Assembly: GCA_016717595.1 (NCBI GenBank)
Contig: JADKFE010000001.1
Span: forward strand, 182,445 to 246,444
DNA length: 64,000 nucleotides
Direction: 5' to 3'
Source of the DNA: Deltaproteobacteria bacterium
Lineage (GTDB): Bacteria; Myxococcota_A; UBA796; CAJQPC01
Below the pieces are notes generated by a model. That model searched no databases, was not told the DNA's origin, and worked only from the letters and a program-made list of their open reading frames with translations. How positions within the stretch are numbered: position 1 is the first letter of the stretch; each line of letters opens with the position of its first letter. Both the position numbers and the translations under genes were made by a program. This document shows, in pieces, positions 58,471 to 64,000 of this stretch.

Positions 58471-59031
58471 TTAATGCGACACCAGCGGCCAGTACGCCTG
58501 TAGCGTAAAATCAGGTGAGTTCTCGCCGGTGTGACAGGCGACGCAGGCGGCCTCCGCCACGGGGAGATCGCCATATCCTGCCGCCTCGGGCTGGCTGAGG
58601 TGGTCGCTCCCGGGGCCGTGACAGGACTCACAGCCGAGGTGCTTCAGGTCCGGGGTCTGCTTCAGGTTCACGAAGCCGCCGGGGTGACCGAAGCCGGTGA
58701 CGTGACAGGGGATACAGCTCGGGTCGTAGCCCCGCTGGTGCTCGTTCAGCGTGTCCCAGGCCGTGGCGTGGGCGGAGCTGGCCCACACGGCGGTGGCTTG
58801 GGGGTGGCACCCGGCGCAGGCGGCGGCGCCGACATACCGGGCGGTGGCGCGGCTCACGCCGCCGAAGGGGGGCAGGGGAGACGCGCCAGGGTGAACCGGG
58901 GGCCCGCCGCGGGGATCGTTCACCCAGGCCGTCGCCGTGTTGGCCTCATTGGGGAGGCTCGTCGGGGCCTCGGTCTCCGCGATGCGGGCGCAGGCGAAGA
59001 CGGCCAAGAAGGCGAGGGCGAACGGATTCAC
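58471..59031 (-). CDS. tetra-heme c-type cytochrome
   Basis: Signal peptide plus four CxxCH motifs: CAGCH, CIPCH, CESCH, CVACH. Confidence 0.8.
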   Translation of the reverse strand: MNPFALAFLAVFACARIAETEAPTSLPNEANTATAWVNDPRGGPPVHPGASPLPPFGGVSRATARYVGAAACAGCHPQATAVWASSAHATAWDTLNEHQRGYDPSCIPCHVTGFGHPGGFVNLKQTPDLKHLGCESCHGPGSDHLSQPEAAGYGDLPVAEAACVACHTGENSPDFTLQAYWPLVSH

Positions 59032-60038
59032 TCCGGCGCCGCCTCGCCCCCGAAGGCGAGCTTCTGCGCGGCCTCGATCTCGTCCCGGGCCTGGGTCACC
59101 AGCGCGGCGAGGCGCGGGGAGTCGGGGATCTCGGGGTCGAGGTCGATCTTTCGATCGACGACCAGCTCAACCCCGCCGCCGTCCTCAGCGGTCAGGCGCA
59201 GCTCGCCCAGGCGCATGGTCTGGTTGTGGCTGCGCACCCAGAGCGCCTCCCCCACACGCTCCGGGGCATAAAACGCCTGGTGCATGTTGGTGTCGATGAC
59301 CACGTCCAGCTCGGGCACGGCCAAGGCGACCTGTCGGGCGACGTCGGTGGCTTGGTAGGAGAGGAGCACGAGCACGTCTACTTGAGGGGCCAGCTCACGC
59401 AGGGCCTCCACGGCGGGCTCTTGGGGGTAGAGCACCTGATGATCGGGGCTCAGGGTGAGCGTGAACCCTTGGCTGGTGATGCCGGTGACGCCTACACGGA
59501 GGCCGTCACGCTCCAGGATCACCCATCGTTTTGGGCCCGCGGCGCCGGGGGCGGTGACGATGTTCGCCGAGACGGCCCAGTCGGGGACCTTCTCTAGGCT
59601 GAGCAGGCCGGGAAGGTCGTGAACGCCAACGTTCGCCGCGCTGAGCCCCACGGCCTCTAAGGCGCTCACCATCCAGCGGTTCATCACCGGCACGTCGGGG
59701 CGGGTGAGGCCGTCAAAACCGGAGGGGTCCTCAAGCCAGTAGCCGCCGTGCAGGAGCAGATCTCCTTGGCCGGGGTTCGCCGCGCGGCTGGCCTGGAGGT
59801 AGCTGTCCATGCGGGTGATCGAGCCGCGGGGGCGCGTGGGGCAGCCGCAGGTCTCTAAGCTGCCGCGGTGCTCTCCGGCGTAAAACAGCACCAGCTCGGC
59901 CTGGGCCGTCGAGACCCGGGCCTCGACGGGGCCGCTCACGGCGAGCTCCGCGCCAGAGCTCGGGACGCTGGCGGCGGCGGGCGGCTGGGGCGCGCGGGTG
60001 GCGCAGGCGAAGACGAGGAGCGGGCCGAGGGCGATCAT
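59028..60038 (-). CDS. periplasmic metallophosphoesterase/5'-nucleotidase-like protein
   Basis: Signal-like 'MIALGPLLVFAC', 'LFYAGEHRGSLETCGCP'. 4-nt overlap with the cytochrome gene. The track's extension to 60899 is Arg/Gln/Pro-rich junk antisense to the next gene. Confidence 0.45.
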   Translation of the reverse strand: MIALGPLLVFACATRAPQPPAAASVPSSGAELAVSGPVEARVSTAQAELVLFYAGEHRGSLETCGCPTRPRGSITRMDSYLQASRAANPGQGDLLLHGGYWLEDPSGFDGLTRPDVPVMNRWMVSALEAVGLSAANVGVHDLPGLLSLEKVPDWAVSANIVTAPGAAGPKRWVILERDGLRVGVTGITSQGFTLTLSPDHQVLYPQEPAVEALRELAPQVDVLVLLSYQATDVARQVALAVPELDVVIDTNMHQAFYAPERVGEALWVRSHNQTMRLGELRLTAEDGGGVELVVDRKIDLDPEIPDSPRLAALVTQARDEIEAAQKLAFGGEAAPE

Positions 60039-60110
60039 GCCCAGCACTATAGCCCCGGCGTGGGCCGCTTCGGTAGCGGTGAGCGCGCCACGAAGGATAG
60101 GGGAGGGCCG

Positions 60111-61361
60111 ATGGTGTCGATCCCCCCCACATTTCGCCGCGCCGCGCCTTGGGTGGCCTTGGCCCTGGCGACGGCGCTGCACGTTCGCGGCCTCGTCACC
60201 GAGGACTGGCCGGTGGTGAAGCGGGAGCGCCACGCCCGAGACTTCGCGTCGTACCACTACGCCGTACACGCCGCTGCCGCCGGGGACGACCCTTACGACG
60301 CCGCGATCTTGGGCGAGCTGGCCAAGGCCGAGGGCACCCGCAAGTCGGTTCACCCCTACTTCTACCCGCCGCCGTTCTTGCTCACGATGTTGTGGGCGCT
60401 GCCGTTGACGCTCAGCGAGGCCTATCGCCTGTGGTTCTGGGCGGACTCGGCGTTTTTTGTGGGCGCGGTGGTGGCGGCGCTGCGCCTCATCGGGCCGAGC
60501 CCGGCGGCGATCTGGGCCCTCGCGGGGCTCTTGTTGGCGTTCACGCCCCTGCGAAACAATCACCTCATGGGCCAGGCCAACCTGCCCGTGCTCGCCTTGA
60601 TGACCGCGGGCCTCGCCGCCGCTGAAGGCCCCCGGCGCCGTGAGGTCTTTGGCGGAGCGTTGGTGGGCGTCGCGGCGATGATGAAGATGAGCCCCGGGCT
60701 CTTGGTCGCGTGGTGGCTGGTGCGGGGTCGTTGGCGCGCGGCGATCGTGGCCTGCGTTACAGCGGTTCTGTTGACCGTCCTCACCTTGCCGCTTCTGGGC
60801 CCGGCGCTGCAGCTCCACTTCTACCGTGATGTTCTGCCCGGCTTCGGCAGCGGGGACTACCACGGCCTCAAGGTGCCGCTCACCTTGTTCGGCAACCACA
60901 GCCTGCCGAACCTCTGGGCCCAGGTCTTCCCGGCCAAAGACGGCCTCTCCTCCGCGGCCCGCCTCGCCTCTTCAGTGACCAACCTCGGGCTCGTGGCCGC
61001 GGGCTTCGCCGCGCTGCGCGCCCCCAAGGATGGCCTCGCCGTCGCCAACGCCGTCGGCGCGCTCTCTTGCCTGATGGTCGTCGTCCCGGCCTACGCCTAC
61101 GAGCACCACCTCACGTTTTTGGTCCCGGCGGTCTTGGCTTCAGCGGCGGCCCTGGGCGCCGGGCGCCTGCCCCGCCTCGCCTGGGGGCCGTGGCTTCTGG
61201 CCTTCGTGCTGCTGTGCGCCCCGCTCACCGCGCTCAAAGATCAGGCTGGTGAGTCGGGTGAGATCACAGCGTTCTTGTTGCAAGAGCTCAAGACCTTCGC
61301 CGTGCTCCTGTTGGGGGCGCTGTGTGGGATCGCCGCGCGGCAGAAATCTTCAGAGAGCTGA
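60111..61361 (+). CDS. polytopic membrane glycosyltransferase-like protein (GT87/DUF2029-like)
   Basis: About 10 hydrophobic segments. The N-terminal loop 'HARDFASYHYAV...VHPYFYPPPFLL' resembles DUF2029 proteins (from memory). Confidence 0.5.
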   Translation: MVSIPPTFRRAAPWVALALATALHVRGLVTEDWPVVKRERHARDFASYHYAVHAAAAGDDPYDAAILGELAKAEGTRKSVHPYFYPPPFLLTMLWALPLTLSEAYRLWFWADSAFFVGAVVAALRLIGPSPAAIWALAGLLLAFTPLRNNHLMGQANLPVLALMTAGLAAAEGPRRREVFGGALVGVAAMMKMSPGLLVAWWLVRGRWRAAIVACVTAVLLTVLTLPLLGPALQLHFYRDVLPGFGSGDYHGLKVPLTLFGNHSLPNLWAQVFPAKDGLSSAARLASSVTNLGLVAAGFAALRAPKDGLAVANAVGALSCLMVVVPAYAYEHHLTFLVPAVLASAAALGAGRLPRLAWGPWLLAFVLLCAPLTALKDQAGESGEITAFLLQELKTFAVLLLGALCGIAARQKSSES

Positions 61362-61416
61362 GCAGATCCAGTCATCCAAAACGACGGGTCAGGTGTCTGT
61401 TGTTTAGGAGGCTCCA

Positions 61417-62094
61417 ATGTTCAGAGCCGCGCGGTGGATGGTGCTCGGGGCGCTCGGGGGGATGACGGGCTGTCAGGTCCAGGTGAGCCAAGAGGTCTTG
61501 GACCTCTCCGGGCTCGACGTGACGCGGCTCGACGTGAGCTCGGTCTCCGGCGCGGTGACGGTCACCGCCGGAGAGACCTTGGCCGTGGAGCGCAGCGCCG
61601 AGTCGGGCGTGCCGGGCTTTGAGTTCCGCCACAACGAGCGGGACGGCGTGTTGACCTTGGAGGAGCGCTGCCCCCTGCCGCGCACCTGCGCGGTGACCAC
61701 GACGATCACGATGCCCGCCCACCTCGATCTCAGCGTAGACCTGCGCTCGGGGCAGGTGAACCTTGAGGGGCTCAGCGGATCTGTTGACATCACCGGCGAG
61801 GGGCTCACGGTCAGCGGGGCCGCCCTGCGGTCCAGCGCCCTGACGATGAACATTGACAACGGGACCGTTGCCCTGGAGCTTGAGGATCCTCCGCGGGAGG
61901 TGTTCATTTGGGTCGGGTCCGGGGAGGTCAACCTCAACGTCCCTGCTGGGGTGTATCTGCTGGATGTGGAGGCGCCCCTCGGGGAGCTGCGGCTGGTCAA
62001 CGTCGTGCATGACCCCGCCTCGGACCTGACCCTCTCCGCGGTGGTTGATGTCGGGGATCTCGCCGTTGAGGGTGAGGTGCTCACCGCGGAGTGA
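61417..62094 (+). CDS. lipoprotein with beta-strand repeats (DUF4097-like)
   Basis: Lipobox 'GMTGC'. Repetitive 'SGAVTVTAGE', 'GSVDITGEGLTVSG', 'GEVNLNVPAG' strands. Confidence 0.5.
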   Translation: MFRAARWMVLGALGGMTGCQVQVSQEVLDLSGLDVTRLDVSSVSGAVTVTAGETLAVERSAESGVPGFEFRHNERDGVLTLEERCPLPRTCAVTTTITMPAHLDLSVDLRSGQVNLEGLSGSVDITGEGLTVSGAALRSSALTMNIDNGTVALELEDPPREVFIWVGSGEVNLNVPAGVYLLDVEAPLGELRLVNVVHDPASDLTLSAVVDVGDLAVEGEVLTAE

Positions 62095-62227
62095 CCGGGG
62101 CCCGGCGCCTCTGACCTCCCCTTGACACACGCCCCGCCGCGCCGTTGTACACCGTGCCAACCCCCCCAAGGCGACAGAGCCCGGGCTCAAGACGAGCTTG
62201 GGTGAGCGCCCCTGAGCCCGGTGTCGT

Positions 62228-63913
62228 GTGATCCTTCCGTTCACTCCGCGCGCAGGCGGCGCGGCGCTGGTGTTTGGGCTCAGCCTTCTGGGGCTCTGGG
62301 GCGTTCAGGCCCGAGACAACCCGAGCTGGGTGCCGCGAGGCGCGGACTGGGACTCGTGGATCCTCAGCGCCCTGGCGCTGGGCGCGGACGTGCCCTACCC
62401 CATGAGCCGCTGGCCGCTCTATGGCGGGCTCACCGCCGCCCTGGATCTTGTGCTCGTCGGCCAGCCGATCTTCATCGCCGCCCAGCTCACCTCGATGCTG
62501 GCGACGGCGGTGATGATCATGGCGCTGTGGCGGGTGGCGCGGGCGCTCATCGGCGGCCCCGGGGCCTGGGCGATGGCGCCGCTCACCTTGATGTTCCCGA
62601 CGGTGCTGGAGCAGGGGGTGTGGGCGAACGGCTACGCCTTGTGGTGCGCGGCGGCGGCCGTGGCGGTGATGGGCCTCGTGGAGCTGGCGCGCGGCGAGGA
62701 CCACCGCTGGGCCGCGGTGTGCGGCGCGGGGATCGCCGGGGTGCTGGCGGTGATGGACAAGGGCCTGGGCCTGGGCCTGATGTTGTTGGGCCTCGCCGGG
62801 CTCACCGTGGCCGGGCTCGCCGCCCGGGCTCCGGCGGGACAACGCCTGAGCCTGCTCGCGCGGCGCTCAGCCTGGGGCCTCGCCCCGGTGGTCGCCTTGG
62901 CCTTGGCTTACGCGGCCTTCCCCGAGCCCCTCGCCAGCCTCGACGCCCAGGTGCGCATCGCTGAAGGCAGCCGCGCGCCGGACGTCATGCCGACGGCGGA
63001 GGGCGGGCGGCTCATGCTGCCCCCGATGGCCCCGGGCGGTGAGCTGCTGCTGGACGAGGGCGGCTATGTCTTCGGTCGGAGCATGTCTCCGGCCACGGTG
63101 TTGAAGGCCGCGCGCGCCGTAGACGCCGGGGAGGAGGTGCGCGCCGCGCGCCTCACGCGGTCTCTGGACGATCTTCGGGCCACCTTCCCCGGGGCGAGCC
63201 GGGAGGTGATGTGGGGCCTCGGCCTCGGCGGCCTCACGCTGTTGGGGGTCGGCCTGCTGGGCCTTCGGCGGGGCCGCCCGGCGGCGCTCGTGGGGGCGCT
63301 GGGCCTGGGGGTGACCGTGGCGGGGGTCTTGCCCGCGCTCTACGCCGAGAACCTCCAGCTCCGCTTCTTGACCCCGGCGCTCACCCTCACGCCGCTCCTC
63401 GCCTTGGCGCCCCTGGCCGCGCTCACCCGTCGTGTCCCGATTTTATGCTACAGCCCCCTGGCCTTGGCGTTGTGGCTGGGCCTGGTCTGGGAGGAGTCGC
63501 CGTACAAACGCAGCGACCTCGTGCTGCACAACATGGCGAACGGCGGCGCTGAGCTGGCGACGCGGGTGTGGTACAGCCTCAACCGGCGGCTGCCCGATGA
63601 GGGGATTCATGTGATGGAGCCCGTTCGCGGCGGCCTGTTCTTGCTCGAGGGGCGCGGCGGCGCGGTGCTGGAGACGCCCCAGGCGACGCCGCCCCAAGAC
63701 GGCTGGCTCGTGATCTGGCACCAGGGGCAGCTCGACCCCAACGGCCTCATCGGCCAGCCCGCCTCGGTCTTGGACCTCAGCCGCTTTGAGGCCCAGGCCG
63801 TGATCGCGCCGCGGATCATCGCCGCCGTGTTCACCGAGGACGCCTTGCGCGGCTGGCTCGTGCTGTTGGCGCCGCCCGGCGACGTGGGGGCCTTGGAGCG
63901 CCTCGGCGACTGA
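62228..63913 (+). CDS. polytopic membrane protein (possible GT-C-type glycosyltransferase)
   Basis: 561 aa with many hydrophobic segments in the N-terminal two thirds and a soluble C-terminal domain. No specific motif recognised. Confidence 0.4.
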   Translation: MILPFTPRAGGAALVFGLSLLGLWGVQARDNPSWVPRGADWDSWILSALALGADVPYPMSRWPLYGGLTAALDLVLVGQPIFIAAQLTSMLATAVMIMALWRVARALIGGPGAWAMAPLTLMFPTVLEQGVWANGYALWCAAAAVAVMGLVELARGEDHRWAAVCGAGIAGVLAVMDKGLGLGLMLLGLAGLTVAGLAARAPAGQRLSLLARRSAWGLAPVVALALAYAAFPEPLASLDAQVRIAEGSRAPDVMPTAEGGRLMLPPMAPGGELLLDEGGYVFGRSMSPATVLKAARAVDAGEEVRAARLTRSLDDLRATFPGASREVMWGLGLGGLTLLGVGLLGLRRGRPAALVGALGLGVTVAGVLPALYAENLQLRFLTPALTLTPLLALAPLAALTRRVPILCYSPLALALWLGLVWEESPYKRSDLVLHNMANGGAELATRVWYSLNRRLPDEGIHVMEPVRGGLFLLEGRGGAVLETPQATPPQDGWLVIWHQGQLDPNGLIGQPASVLDLSRFEAQAVIAPRIIAAVFTEDALRGWLVLLAPPGDVGALERLGD

Positions 63914-64000
63914 AGGGGGGAGGGGCGCTCGGGCCGAGACCGTGTACACTATGCGGCCTCGCACAGCCTGGAGCCCAGATGACTGAGAACGGCCTCGCCC

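Overview
This is a high-GC chromosomal window (most hand-checked 60-nt lines are about 70% G+C or more). The gene content looks Myxococcota-like: a sigma-54 enhancer-binding response regulator, many lipoproteins with Cys/Asp-rich 'DCDD..N..PGA.E.CDG.D.DCDG' repeats, and FG-GAP and TPR proteins. Taxonomy cannot be verified from here. I call about 55 protein-coding genes, many translationally coupled through ATGA/TGATG overlaps. I found no rRNA, tRNA or CRISPR array.

Housekeeping genes include ileS, miaB, an ABC-F ATPase, a Sua5/TsaC-type protein, two tandem FolC-like ligases, a DnaQ-like exonuclease, acyltransferases, an MBOAT protein and an NPP phosphodiesterase.

Main findings:
1. A lower-GC islet (about 30.7-33.7 kb, minus strand) encodes a ParB/Srx-domain::ABC-ATPase fusion. 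It is translationally coupled to a Toprim-like (DUF4435/DUF3226-type) gene. This resembles PARIS/OLD defence modules but carries a ParB head, an arrangement I do not recognise as described.
2. A 123-nt G/C-only tract (111 G, 12 C, with runs of G28 and G31) encodes a poly-proline linker that fuses Sua5 to a CoA-binding domain.
3. A roughly 335-bp non-coding insert with internal inverted repeats and a CTCTGTG motif array splits the first FolC-like gene.
4. A decayed Septu-like pair is present: an intact TIGR02646-type HNH gene plus an N-terminally truncated ABC ATPase.
5. A five-gene coupled SWIM / unknown / MoxR-AAA / unknown / VWA operon is present.
6. At least 11 single-nucleotide frame breaks occur, two of them in ileS and several visibly at homopolymers. 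This suggests sequencing or assembly indels more than genuine pseudogenes.

All family assignments rest on motifs read by eye. No database search was run.
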